Below, in pieces: positions 11,419 to 23,428 of a DNA stretch of 64,000 nucleotides; position 1 is the stretch's first letter, and every line of letters starts with the position of its first letter. Source of the stretch: Podarcis filfolensis. Lineage: Eukaryota. Below the pieces are notes generated by a model. That model saw only the letters and a list, made by a program, of their open reading frames with translations, searched no databases and was not told the DNA's origin. The position numbers and the translations under genes were made by a program. Location of the stretch: assembly GCA_964270895.1 (NCBI GenBank), contig OZ185448.1, one strand, 5' to 3'.

Positions 11419-11767
11419 AAAGCAGGTGCTCTGCCACTGAGCTGCATCCATTGGTGGTTCCAGACAAGGGGTTTTTCTTCCAGCCACACTTGCAGATGCC
11501 ATTGAGGATTGAATTTAGGGCCTTCTGTGCTCAAAGCAGATGCTCTACCAAAAGTGGGAAGGCTTTGTGCATGCAGGTGGTATAGCATGAGACACTTAAT
11601 CTCTGGGTCGTGGGTTTGAGCCACTGTGAGCTATTGGGAAAAGAGACGGGATATAAATGCAATCCATCAGAACCAGCACCTTGAACTTAGCCTGGTAGCT
11701 AATTAGTATCCAATACCAATTTAAAGTTCACTGCAGTTCAGTATTCTCTCCCTCTCTTTTTTTGCAG

Positions 11768-12030
11768 GGGGGGAAGGGGGTGTTCCTACACTGAGTGAAA
11801 CCTTCTGCGCAAAGATCCACCGAAAGCAGAAGACAGTCAGTGTTGCCTATGACTCTCCCGGAGGAAATGGTCTGGGCAAGACAAACGAAGCAGAGGGCAA
11901 GAAGCAGAAGTGGGAACCAAAAAACTGGGAGCAGCACCTGAGCAACATCCGGGAAATGAGGAAGGAGAGAGATGCCCCTGTGGACCAGATGGGTGCTGGG
12001 AAATGCTTTGACAGTGATGCTCCTCCAGAG
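11768..12030 (+). CDS. NTHL1: NTHL1 exon 2, 263 nt
   Basis: ...VSVAYDSPGG...KWEPKNWEQHLSNIREMRKERDAPVDQMGAGKCFDSDAPPE. Long pyrimidine tract plus TTTGCAG acceptor, GTGAGG donor. Confidence 0.95.
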
Positions 12031-12569
12031 GTGAGGAGAGAGCCCTGGAGCTCAAAACTGAGCTAAACTGCACATATTTAGGAGCTGGAAGGATCTTGGC
12101 AGGTTGCATTGTCTGCCTTCCTGCCCTCAAAGAGCAGGACTGGGCAGGAGGTAGAGGTTGAGATCTGTTTGTAGAACAGATCTGGTTTTAACAATGATAA
12201 CATGGGTTTCCCCACCTGAAGCTAGGAAAGCTAACCACTCACTGGCCCTGCTCTGCACCCTCCTTGAGTGTTTTTGCCTGGTTGAGATGTGCCCTTGAAC
12301 CCTGATAATGTTTCCATCCATTTACCTGGATGGAAGACAGCAGAGAAATCTGTGTGTGTAGAAACCTCTGGCTTTTACGTAGCTGGGATGTAAAGGCTCT
12401 AGCCACATCCATTGCTCCAACTACTTTTGCTTTTGGCCCTGCCCATTACTAGCATATGTTGCCTATCAAGAAATATGGCCCCTAGGTGGTTCTAGCAAAA
12501 AAACAAAGTAGATCTGACGAAAGATGATAACCTGTGATGATCACCTTCCATCTCCATACCATACTGTAG

Positions 12570-12740
12570 GTTAGGCGCTACCAGGTCCTCTTGTCACTCA
12601 TGCTCTCCAGCCAAACCAAAGATCAGGTGACTTCGGCGGCCATGATGCGCCTGAGGGAACATGGCCTCACTGTGGACAACATCTTGGAGACTGATGACGT
12701 GACTCTAGGCCAGCTCATCTACCCTGTGGGGTTTTGGAAG
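12570..12740 (+). CDS. NTHL1: NTHL1 exon 3, 171 nt
   Basis: [60 protein letters not shown] acceptor, GTGAGC donor. Confidence 0.97.
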
Positions 12741-12936
12741 GTGAGCCATTTGAGAGAATAGGAAAGAGGAAGAGCATTAAGCCAATATTTTCCTTGCCCT
12801 AATCTTAGTAATCAGCGCTGGGCATTTTGAGGAAATGAAGCTGGTTATATCTGTGTTTGGTAGAGTTGCGGTAAGGTTCTTAGAAACTGTTGGGAGAACA
12901 GCTTTAAAGACTTTAGAAAATGTGAACGTCTGAAGA

Positions 12937-13135
12937 TCATAGCTGCTGTATTGGGTTAAAGGGGGCCAATCCAGCCCAACATCCTGTTCTCACAGTGACC
13001 AACCAGATGCCCCAATGGGAAGCCCGCAAGCAGGCCCTGAATGCAACAGGTCTGCCCACTTCCAATTCCCAGCAGCTTGTGTTCAGAAGCTTTCTGCCTC
13101 TGACAGTGGAGGTAGAGCACAGCCATTGGTGTGGT
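12937..13135 (-). mobile_element. CR1 3' UTR fragment
   Basis: CCAGCCCAACATCCTGTTCTCACAGTGACCAACCAGATGCC motif shared with the other CR1 3' UTRs in the window. Confidence 0.75.
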
Positions 13136-13139
13136 GTGG

Positions 13140-13650
13140 AGTGGTGCATGCTCTAGTTATCTCCCGCTTGGACTACTGCAATGCGCTCTACGTGGGGCTA
13201 CCTTTGAAGGCGACCCGGAAACTGCAATTAGTCCAGAATGCAGCAGCTAGACTGGTGACTGGGAGCGGCCGCCGGGACCACATAACACCGGTCCTGAGAG
13301 ATCTGCATTGGCTCCCAGTACGTTTCCGAGCACAATTCAAAGTGTTGGTGCTGACCTTTAAAGCCCTAAATGGCCGCGGTCCTGTATACCTGAAGGAGCG
13401 TCTCCACCCCCATCGTTCAGCCCGGACACTGAGATCCAGAGCCAAGGGCCTTCTGGCAGTTCCCTCATTGCGAGAAGTAAGGTTACAGGGAACCAGACAG
13501 AGGACCTTCTCGGTAGTGGCACCCGCCCTGTGGAACGCCCTCCCTTCAGATGTGAAGGAAATAAGCAGCTATCTTATCTTTAAAAGACATCTGAAGGCAG
13601 CCCTGTTTAGGGAAGTTTTTAATATTTAATGCTGAATTGTTTTTAAATAT
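13140..13650 (+). mobile_element. L2-clade LINE, 5'-truncated, end of ORF2
   Basis: [21 protein letters not shown]...[14 protein letters not shown]...[14 protein letters not shown]...[13 protein letters not shown] is the characteristic L2 post-RT C-terminal region. The frame is open to the stop at 13629. Confidence 0.92.
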
Positions 13651-14126
13651 GCGCAAGTTGTGGGCTTCCTGTATTTCAATATTAAGTAATCAATGGCACA
13701 AAAGGAAAATAGATTGGATGGGAGGAGGAAATAAGCAAACAGGTTCAAGATCTTGATTACAAGTGGTCCTAATGACTAGCTGGGTTGTGGAAGCTGTTTA
13801 AGGAGAGGAGGCACCAAATGTTGTGGGTCTGGTTGAGACCAGAGAGACCTCCTTACCAAGGGGCTTAATAATCCTTCCTGCCTTGCGGTTCTGAAAGCAC
13901 ACCCCTGCTAGATAATAAATAATAATTCTGTAATATCATTTTATTTATATCCCGCTCTCCCCAGCCGAAGCCGGGCTCAGAGATTCCATTGTCATTGTGG
14001 TCCCTGCTTCCATCCCGGCCCCTCATTCCTCATAGTCAGCCCCCTTATTCCCTCCATTGCTTGAGGCCTTCTTTGTCAGCTGGCTAAACCTCCAGCACAC
14101 ATCCCCCCATTTTTCACTGAATACAG

Positions 14127-14286
14127 CGGAAAGTGAGCTACATCAAGCAGACCACAGCAATTCTGAAGCAGGACTATGCTGGAGACATCCCAAGGACACT
14201 GGCGGAGCTGGTGAAACTCCCAGGGGTTGGACCCAAGATGGCTCATTTGGTGATGGACATTGCCTGGCAAGACGTCTCTGGAATCG
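14127..14286 (+). CDS. NTHL1: NTHL1 exon 4, 160 nt (HhH motif, catalytic Lys)
   Basis: [53 protein letters not shown]. HhH motif LPGVGPK with the catalytic Lys (K199) at 14235-14237. CAG acceptor, GTACTG donor. Confidence 0.97.
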
Positions 14287-16104
14287 GTACTGTTTCCATT
14301 TTTCTCTTAGCAGTCCCAATTCATTTGCTCTAGGAATCGGAGCTTCTAGAAGGATCTGGGATGGGGACTCTTGGGCCTAGGGGCCAAAGGTGGCCCTTTG
14401 GGCCTATCTATCTGGCCCTTTGAACATTCCCCAGGCCACACACCCTCACCAGTCTTGCTTCACACACCCCTTGAGCATTTTTGCCTGGGGAGAGGGCTTT
14501 TGTGTGCGGGTCCTGCTTGCAGGTTTCCCTTTGGTGCATGTGGGTAGCCGCTGTGAAAACAAGATGCTAGACTATATGGGCTCTTCTTACGTACATAGTT
14601 TGTCTAAGGCCACCTGAAGCAGAGGTGAAATGGGTCCTTTGTGGCTCACACACTTACAGAGCAATCATAACCATGTCTACTCAGCACCCCCATTGAATTC
14701 AGTGTTAGAATCTATGTTTTTCTTTTTTTATATAAGATATTTATTAGAATTTTCCATTTTATACAAACAAAGAAAAAATTAAAAAGAAAAAATAATAAAA
14801 ACACATAAAGTTCATAACTTATTTTTCAATAACATATTTCCCTGACCTCCTCATGCCTCCCCTTCTTGTATTCCAGTTCAAATTGTTTATCCAGCAAATC
14901 CTTATCTCATAGCATTACAGTTAAAAAAACCCTTATTTTCTATCCATCTTCTTAAATTATTGTAGCTTAAACTTTTACTTATATACAAAGAAAAAAGAAC
15001 CATTTTTTCATATTCTTTTGTACCATTACAGCTAGAAACCACTTAATTTCAATCCAACATCACTCAACATTCATTAATATTGCAGTGTTTTTGTAAGTAG
15101 TCCTTGAATTTCTTCCATTCTTCTTCTGCCGACTCTTCTCCCTGGTCACGGATTCTGCCAGTCATTTCTGCCAATCCCATAAAGTCAATCAACTTCGTCT
15201 GCCATTCTTCCAGAAGAATCTATGTTTTTCAAATGAATAGCTGTCACTTCAAAACAGTTCCTGTGAGGAGGCTTCTTCACTTTTGCCTACCTTGAATTTT
15301 GGGACTGTGATGCAATCCTGCTATAGGCAGGAGGTGGCGCTGTGGCTCCATGGCCCATGCTTGCACCAACCCACCTTTTTTATTTTAACAGTACTTCCAT
15401 TTAACATTTTAGGTTGCTGGTTACAGGAAACCTGGGAGGGCTGATTCTTGATGAATGGGACTTCAGGAACCAGTTGATTAAAAACTGAGGGTGGGGAGAA
15501 TCTCATTTGGGGGTTCTCTGGTGGAATTCCTTCCCGATTAATCAAGGAGCCTGTGTGTTTCGCCCAGAGATGGCGGCAGTGCTGGGTGACAGACAGTGCC
15601 CAGTAATTTCAAAGGTGGGGAATCAGCCATTGTTATATTTGAGGCCTTGAGGCAACCTGATACCTCCATGGCAGCTGCGAGCCTCTTCTGAATGCCTCCT
15701 CCCACCTTCTGACTTAAGACTCTTACAAAATGCAGACTCGGGACATTAAAAGGGGCATTATTTTTCCCCTCCCCCCACTTTTGCTTACCAGCTAGCCAGG
15801 CTATTTGCGTTGGCCTAATAAAGGCCTTGCCCTAATAAGGATGTTGAAATTTCCATTTCTGATTCCAAAAGTCGCTTCCTTCCGCCTGCCACTTCACAGC
15901 AGCAGGCCCTGATCTTCACAGGCATGCTGTGGACCACCTGAATGAAGTTCACGGACCACTGTGGTCCTCAGACCAGTGCTTGGGAACCCCCTGGTTTACA
16001 ATTCAGAAAGCAGTATTTTCCGCAATCCAAAACATTAGTATATTAAAATGAATTGACCACACTTGGATTTTCAAAATCAAAACATTGTGTTGTATCCCTC
16101 AAAA

Positions 16105-16440
16105 CATAAGAAGAACCTACTGGATCAGACCCATGGCCCATTTAGCCCAGCATCCTATCCTTACAGTGGCTAACCAAATGCCTGTGGGAAACCAGCGAGC
16201 AGGATTTGAGCACAAGTGCCCTCTGCCCTCCTGTAGTTCTCAGCAGCTGGTATTCAGAAGCATTGCTGCCTCTAAATTTGGAAGCAGAGCATAGCCATCA
16301 TGGCCAGTAGCCATTGATAGCGCTTTCCTCCATGAATTTGTCCAGTCCTCTTTGAAAGCCACCTAGGTTGGTGGCCATCACTGCCTCCACAGTTCCACAA
16401 TTTAACTATGTACTATGTGAAGCAGTATGTTCTTGTATCT
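16105..16440 (-). mobile_element. CR1 3' end fragment (part of duplicated cassette)
   Basis: AACATAAGAAGAACC terminus plus CR1 3' UTR and ORF2 end. Confidence 0.8.
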
Positions 16441-16720
16441 GCTACTGACAGCCCAGTGACTATCTGGAACCTGTGGCCCTCCAGTTTCCTGACTCCCACT
16501 CCCATCAGCCCCCCGGCCAGCTGGGCCAGCAGCCAGTGGTGCTGGAACTTGGAAGTCCAGCAACATCTGTAGGGCCACGGGTCCCCCAGCCCTCCTCTGG
16601 TCGAAAGCTCCTCTCAAAGACAAAACCATCCTTTCAAGTAGGGGTCAAATATCCTCTAACTATTCTGGGAACTGAATATGGGATCTCCTCTCCCCTGACT
16701 CTACTCACCATTTTCCATAG

Positions 16721-16826
16721 GTGTGGACACACATGTGCACCGGATTTCCAACAGGTTGAAGTGGGCAAAGAAGGAAACGAAGCTTCCTGAGGAGACTCGG
16801 CTGGCTCTGGAAGAGTGGCTCCCCAG
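16721..16826 (+). CDS. NTHL1: NTHL1 exon 5, 106 nt (catalytic Asp)
   Basis: (G)[34 protein letters not shown](R). VDTHV contains the catalytic Asp (D218). CATAG acceptor, GTGAGG donor. Confidence 0.97.
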
Positions 16827-16948
16827 GTGAGGCAGTCGGGGTCAATTCTGACTTGTTTCTTTACTCCACGTGTTCTCTCAGTTTCTTTTTTTTAATTCAG
16901 TGACCTGGGCCACACATGATGCCAAGCCATGGTTTGTTTAGCCTAAGC

Positions 16949-17443
16949 CAGGGATCTGCAACCCGCGGCTCTGGAGCCGCATGTGGCTCTTTTACACCTT
17001 TGCCGCGGCTCCGGGGCAGATACTAGCGAGGGGAGGAGGCGCATTGTGCGCCCCAACACTCCCCACTGTGGCGGGCGCTGTACTGGCTGTGACGTCGCAT
17101 GGGGGCGATGCGTGCGTTAGTCATGCACCGTCCCGACGTCACCTTCCCGCCCGCTCACCCGCTACATTGTAAGGGGCATGTACGCTGGTCACTGCATTGA
17201 AAGGGGGCATGTACGCTGGTCACTGTTTTGAAGGGGAGTGAAGAACACACACAAAAAAAGGTAGCTTGTTAATTTAATGTTTATTTCTATGAGGAGGAGT
17301 AATTCTGAGGGGTCAAACAAAGAAATAATAAAAAAGTGACAAAAAAGTTGTTTTTATAATGACAAGTTTTGTGGCTCCCAGTTTTTTTTCCTTCGGAAAC
17401 GAGTCCAAGTGGCTCTTTTTGTCTTAAAGGTTGCAGACCCCTG
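16949..17443. mobile_element. Non-autonomous hAT element in NTHL1 intron 5
   Basis: TIRs CAGGGATCTGCAACC / GGTTGCAGACCCCTG (14/15). Perfect 8-bp TSD GCCTAAGC (16941-16948, 17444-17451). CpG-rich interior. Confidence 0.9.
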
Positions 17444-17811
17444 GCCTAAGCAAAATGTGAAGTCATGGTTTGTTTTTGGCTTACGAGCTGTGGCTTGTTT
17501 TAACAATAGTTTGGCTTTATGATCAACCTGCTGTCTTCATTGTCTCCCATTCCATTTCGGAGCCCAATCCAAAGTGGTGTTTTCCATCTTCAGAGCCCTA
17601 AACGGCCTCAGAGGAGGACGTCCGAAGGCTTCCCTTCTCCCATACAAAATTTACCACAGGGTTAGGCCTTCAGCTAAGCTCCAGGGGCAGCTAACCAACA
17701 ACCCTTCAAATCTTTCTGAACTACAGCTCCTGTAGCCTTAGGGTGAAGGGTGGGTGATTAATCAAATTAATAATAATGATAAATGAACATTTCCCTTCCT
17801 TCTCCTCCTAG

Positions 17812-17935
17812 AGATCTCTGGAGTGAGATAAACTGGCTTCTTGTTGGGTTTGGGCAGCAAGTCTGCTTACCTGTAAATCCACGCTGCAGTGAATGCCTCA
17901 ACAGGGACATCTGTCCAGCTTCGAGGAAACGCTGA
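17812..17935 (+). CDS. NTHL1: NTHL1 exon 6 coding part with stop (4Fe-4S FCL motif)
   Basis: [40 protein letters not shown]. Intact C-x6-C-x2-C-x5-C motif. The spliced CDS totals 876 nt = 291 aa plus stop. Confidence 0.97.
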
Positions 17936-19537
17936 GAGATGCAACACTTACTGGAACAGGCCACCATACTGGGGGACTAGGACTTGGGGGCCCACCAATG
18001 GACTGATGATGCTGTAGCTGACCTGCCAGTGGCTTGAGCAAGAGGGATTTTCACCCTGAAATCTGGTGGCACTACAGCAATGACTTGGTTCCTGGTTTCC
18101 AAGCCATGCACAGGTGAGAGGGGTCCAAATAGCATTGTTCCTCATAAAAGGACCACAGAGTTGACTTAAGTGTGGTGTCCCAGGCTGCCCTGAAAGGACT
18201 CCTCTTAACCCAAGTATGAAGCCACACAGAGAGTAGTTAAATAAGTGCAATGTATTGGGGCTAGATTCCAGACTAAGTTAGCTGGACTCGAGTCCCACTG
18301 AAATCAGTTGCACGTGTACATCTTGACATAACTCAGTTCAGCTAGCTCAGGCCCCATCAGCACCATACATTTAAAGCAGTGACATGCTACTTTAAACAGT
18401 CATGGTCCCCCTGCCAGCCCCTTTCCCCCTCACAGAGCTACAGTTCCCAGAGTTCCTGGGGAAGAGGGGTTGAAAGTACTTTGGGAATTGAAGCTGGAAG
18501 GGAATAGGGGGTCTCCCAGTAACTCCCAGCACCCTTAACAAACTACAGCTCCCATGGTTCTTTGGGCAAAGCCATGAGTATTTAAAATGATGAGAGTCTA
18601 CTTCAAAAGTATAGTCCAGCCCCCAGTATCTTTTAAATGAAGATTTTGTTGGATTCCTGTGGCTAGAAAGAGGAGATGGGGGAACGCAGGCTGAAAATGG
18701 GTGAAACTTTCTTTAGGGTGAAAATGAAAACAAGCAGAAAGTTCAGTTTGTGTCCTGTCAATGGAAGATCCACATGTTTTGATATGTCTGGAGATCTCTT
18801 TGTCATAAGCTATATATGTCTGACCAGAATTTCTAAGGTTCAGCTCACATGACATCCTCCGGCCTTTGTTTTGAAAGGGCAAGGCTCCCACTTTGAGAGC
18901 CTCTGCCTGAAGGGCAACCAGCGCTCAGGGTGTGTTGTATTTCCTTGTCATTATGCCTCTCCCTGCCTCCACACACACTGTGAAGGAGGCCGGTCATATT
19001 TTCTTCCCAGACCAGACCTTCCTAAGAAGTGTTTGTGGATTCTGTCAGCTGCCTTTGCCCTTGAAGAATTTCCAATTTAAATGCTAATAAGCTAGTTACC
19101 AGGCAAAAGGAGTTATCCAGCTCCACTGGATGATGTCATTCAGGCCTGTCCCAGCGTCATGGAGGAATTAGCCTGTTGCCAAGGTAGGGAGAGTTGGAAG
19201 TTTAAAAACAGATGAGACAGAAGAAATTCTTCCCACCCCAATTGTATCTGATAGGCTCCAGGGCTTGGAGATTTTAGATCAGCTTTCCTCCCAATCTATC
19301 GCCCTCCTGATGTTTTGAACTACAACTCCCACCAGCCCCAAACAGCTCAGCCATAAAATACAGTCCAAAACATCTGGAAGACACCAGGTTGGGTAAGAGT
19401 TCTCCTATGTGAGAACGAAGCCTTTGAGATGTCCCAAACAAAAGGGGTATTTGGAATACAGTGTAAGCCTTGAGCTTTGCTTACCCTGTCACATAAGCCA
19501 AGTGCATCTACCTAAAGAGTAATTCTTATTTTTATAT

Positions 19538-19543
19538 AATAAA
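19538..19543 (+). terminator. Candidate NTHL1 polyadenylation signal
   Basis: First canonical AATAAA I found after the NTHL1 stop, followed by U/GU-rich sequence. Weaker variants occur earlier (e.g. CATAAA near 18143). Confidence 0.45.
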
Positions 19544-19905
19544 CAGTTTTGTTTTTAATAAGAATTTTGTCTAACAGTCTCTGTTTGGTGCTCAGGTTTC
19601 CCGGAAGAGGGGGCTTAATCCAGAGTGGGGAACTTGGGCCCAGGATCTGAAAGCAGCCCTCCAGGCCTTTCCTTCTGTCCCCTGGGACTCTCCCTATGAC
19701 ATACCCCCTCATTGGCCCTGCTTCAAACCTTCCTTGAGGGGCTGGAATATGTTTCCCTGATAATTTAAATGCACCTAGAAGTGAGGCAATCTGGCACAGC
19801 CAGGAAACAGACACAAAAGCTGGATGGGAGGAAGCGAGGGATACCATAAGGAAATAATAATTTGGACACCAACATCATAAAACTCGCTGTACATGGGAAA
19901 CCAGT

Positions 19906-19911
19906 TTTATT
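19906..19911 (-). terminator. Candidate distal NHERF2 polyadenylation signal
   Basis: Minus-strand AATAAA preceded by AU-rich sequence and followed by ...CATGTACA and a GU-rich tract. An alternative AATAAA lies at 21224-21229. Confidence 0.45.
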
Positions 19912-22900
19912 ATTGACATTTTAGTATACATTTTTTTACACAATGCAGTTAACAGCTCTTCTTATAACTTTTTAGTGAATGTCTAGGTTAGATGTGCAGA
20001 AACTGAGTTAAGTGCTGCAGAGCATATAGGATGGCAGAGAAAAGAGAGCCAGGCGTGCTTTTAAATCGTCATGAGTCAATCCACGGAATAGAGACTGGGA
20101 TGTTTGCTTTCTTGGAAGGGGTAGGGGGAAAGATACCTCTATAGGTACAGATTTGTATAGGAGGTTTCAATTGTACCACAACCCTCAAATTTGTGCTTCT
20201 GTCACACTTCTCCTATCCATAAAGAATGACTTTAGAAATCCTTGTTCAAACCAGTCCTGCATTCATTCATTTCCTTACTATTATATTTCACCTTTCTTTG
20301 ATCATGGAGCCCAAGGTGTTATCCAGGCGTTTTTCAAAAGGCCTCCTATCCTGTTTCATCTTCCACTGACCAGATGTTCTTTCCATGTATCAGAGGGGTG
20401 GAGAACCTGTGGTCTTCCAGATGTTGCTGGACTCCATCTCCCATCAGCCCAAGGCTGGTGGTAACTGCAGCAGCAGCAGCAGCACCTCACACACACCTGT
20501 GGTGCATCAGCACCTTTGCTAATAATGAATTGGGGGCAACTCTTTTGGAGGTAAAAAATTTAGCCTAATTTGAAAAACAAGCGCCCTCCAATCATTTAAG
20601 GAATCAAAGCAGCCCCCCCCCAAAAAAAGCCTTTATAAATCTCACACCGACCGTTGTCAAAATCAAGTTTCAAGCAACCTTATCAGCAGGTATTAGCATA
20701 TACCTGAATTACTACCAGTCTTACTCAATAAGTGTTTTCTTTGTTAAAAAAATTAAAGAAGACTCAGCAGAGCATTCTTCAGAAAGCCACATTTTCATTC
20801 ACAAACGTTTCATTATCCTCCTAGAATCAGTGGTCCCGAGTCATCAAGAGAGATTTATGGCAGGCTTACTCAACCTGGGGCCCTCCAGTTGTTGTTGGAC
20901 TACAACTCCCATCAGTATCAGCCAGCATGGCCAAAGGTCAGGGGTGATGGGATATGTATTCCAAACATCTGGGCACCAGTCTGGGGAAGGAAGATCTACA
21001 TGCACTCTTATTTGCATTTGCTCCATAATGCACACCCTTCCTGTGGCATCAGCACGAAGCCCCCTTTCAGTACTAATGGGCATCTATGGGACTAACTGAG
21101 CATAACTGGGGCTGGACTGGGAGTCAGCAAGTACGGCTGTTCTCCAATAATAAATGGTTTGGGAATGCGGTAAAATCCCACGTCTGCAGACTGAGTTGTG
21201 CAAATTAGTCATATTTACATATATTTATTTTTACATAGCTTCACAGTCTTCAATGGTGCAGGTTTTTAAAAACAAATTGGAATGTTTTGGTCAAGCTTGG
21301 CAAAGAATGAGTCTCAAAGGGGGAAAGAATTCCTGACATTTCCCCAGATTCCATGTGGGCTAGAAACCCTGTTTTTAAAATAATAATAATAAAAATAAAA
21401 ATCATCATCATCATAAAGTGAAGAGCACAGTGATTTGCAGCTAAACCCTTCTTGTCTGCTGAGCTTATAATCACTGAACATCCATGGAATCAATCTGAAA
21501 TATGGGGGGGGGGGTTGTTGTTTGCAAAAAGACCGCTTTCTAGTTCTCATGCCTACTGAGATAAAATACAAAAGTGGTGGGTGATGCCTGGTGCTACCTC
21601 AGAAGACAGAGGGGGTAGGCCTTTGAGGGGACAGAGGTGAGGACTACAATGGTGTCCCTATGATAACCAGGCAGACTATGCAAAATCAGTCAAAATGTGG
21701 CATTCAATTAGATTAACTCAGGTGCAGAATTAGGGCACATTTCTTAGGCGTCCAGACCAGCTGCCCCCAACCTGGTGCTCTGGGGCTGCTAGGAATTGTA
21801 GTCCAAAATAACTGGAGACCATCAGATTGGTAAAAGCTGGTGTGGACAAAGGGTAACCAACATGGTGCTCTCCAGATGTTGTGGACCGCAACTCCCATAA
21901 GCCCCAGCCAACACAACCAATGGTGAGAGATGATGGGAGATGGAGTCCAGAAACACCTAGAGAACACTGCTTTGGCTACTCCTGGGGCAGACTATGAGTA
22001 CAGGGCTGTCCATCATGGACACCGATACTCCACCTTGCCTTTCTCTCAAAGCCTCCTGTAATGAAACTGTATACTAGGTTATTCCTGAAAACCAATCACA
22101 TAACAAGAGAATGGTACCATTTACCAAGCCAGCTTTGCTACATGGCAGCCATTTCCCCAGAGGACAGGAGAATAATCTAAGGCACCTTATTCAGCTTAGT
22201 TATTTGCAAAACATACACAAAGCCCCCAGAGTGTACTTATATCAAAGGGCACTTGGTCATCTTGCGGGTATTGTAGGGCTGTAAGAGTTGGAAGGGGCCC
22301 AAAAGGATCATCTACTTCAACCCCCTGCAATGCAGGAATCACCGCTGAAGAATCCCTGAAAACAAAATGCCCCCCCCCCCACTTCTTGAATACTTATATA
22401 GATTGTACATTTGTGCCCTAATTAAAAGGGTGGCAATTGCTTAGTCATACAGACCTCTTTTTATGAAAGAGAAACTGCATCCCATCCAGCTTGCTTTTTA
22501 ATACTTGTTGTGGAAGTGGTTGTAAAGAAGAAAAGGGTGTGAAAGGTTGTGATGTCTCACTAAAGAAGGCTGGAAGAAAAAACTCTTCCTACCTGCCTCC
22601 CCTTACCAGATTAACAGTGTTATAAAATCATTAGCTATCTTCCTTTTTTTTTTTTTTTTTACTCCTCCCTCACTTAGCAGAATCAGGAGAAGAGTTTGGA
22701 TAACAATTTCTGAGTTGCTGCTGCAATGTGATCACTCTCAGGCAGCCTTTGCCAACTGTGTGCCCTCCAGATGTTCGAACTACAAGTCCCATCAGCCCAA
22801 ACCATGGATGTGCCTGCTGAGGCTGATGGGAGCTGTGGTTCAAAACAGCTAGAGGGCACCAGATTAGCAAAGGGATCTCCTCAAGAACAGAAGAGCCTAG

Positions 22901-23197
22901 TGTAGAGGTTCCACAGGAGTGTGTGCTTTACTTTTATGTGGCCCACACAGTTGACATACATCACTCATCGAGAAGGATCAAATTCAGTTAGTAAGTAGGA
23001 GCAATACCCCAGAATTATCCACTTTCACTCAGGCCTGGATTCAAGACATTTCAGTGCCTACCACAGAAAAAAAAGCACACCAAACAGTATACTCCCTCCC
23101 ATGAATTAAAACAGGGAGGGGTAAGAACTTCCCTGGAAATGGTCAATCTGTCTCCCAACTCTTGTCCTCTTATAACAACATCAAGATCTATCTAGGG

Positions 23198-23428
23198 CAG
23201 GCATGTCCAAAGTCTGTTTCGGGGGCCTAATCCAGCCCTCCAGTCGGTTTAATCCAGCCCCTGTGGCAGTTTATTTCCTAGAGTAAAATCCTAAAAAACC
23301 TCAACAACTTCAATCCTAAACAAAGCTCAACAACTTCAATCCTAAAAAAAGGTTAAAAACTTTGGTCAGCCCTCACGGCCCTTCACTTCATCAAATCTGG
23401 CCCTCTGAAAAACGTTTGGACACCACTG
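23198..23428. mobile_element. Non-autonomous hAT MITE
   Basis: Ends CAGGCATGTCCAAA / TTTGGACACCACTG. TSD ATCTAGGG / AGCTAGGG (7/8). Internal 21-bp direct repeat CTCAACAACTTCAATCCTAAA. Confidence 0.8.

Noticed and set aside
13015-13629. 204-aa ORF as a host gene
   Set aside because: Chimera of an antisense CR1 UTR and an L2 ORF2 terminus inside NTHL1 intron 3.
18108-18119. Donor-like CAG|GTGAGA in the NTHL1 3' UTR (possible NMD-triggering intron)
   Set aside because: A single motif with no identifiable partner acceptor; such matches are common by chance.
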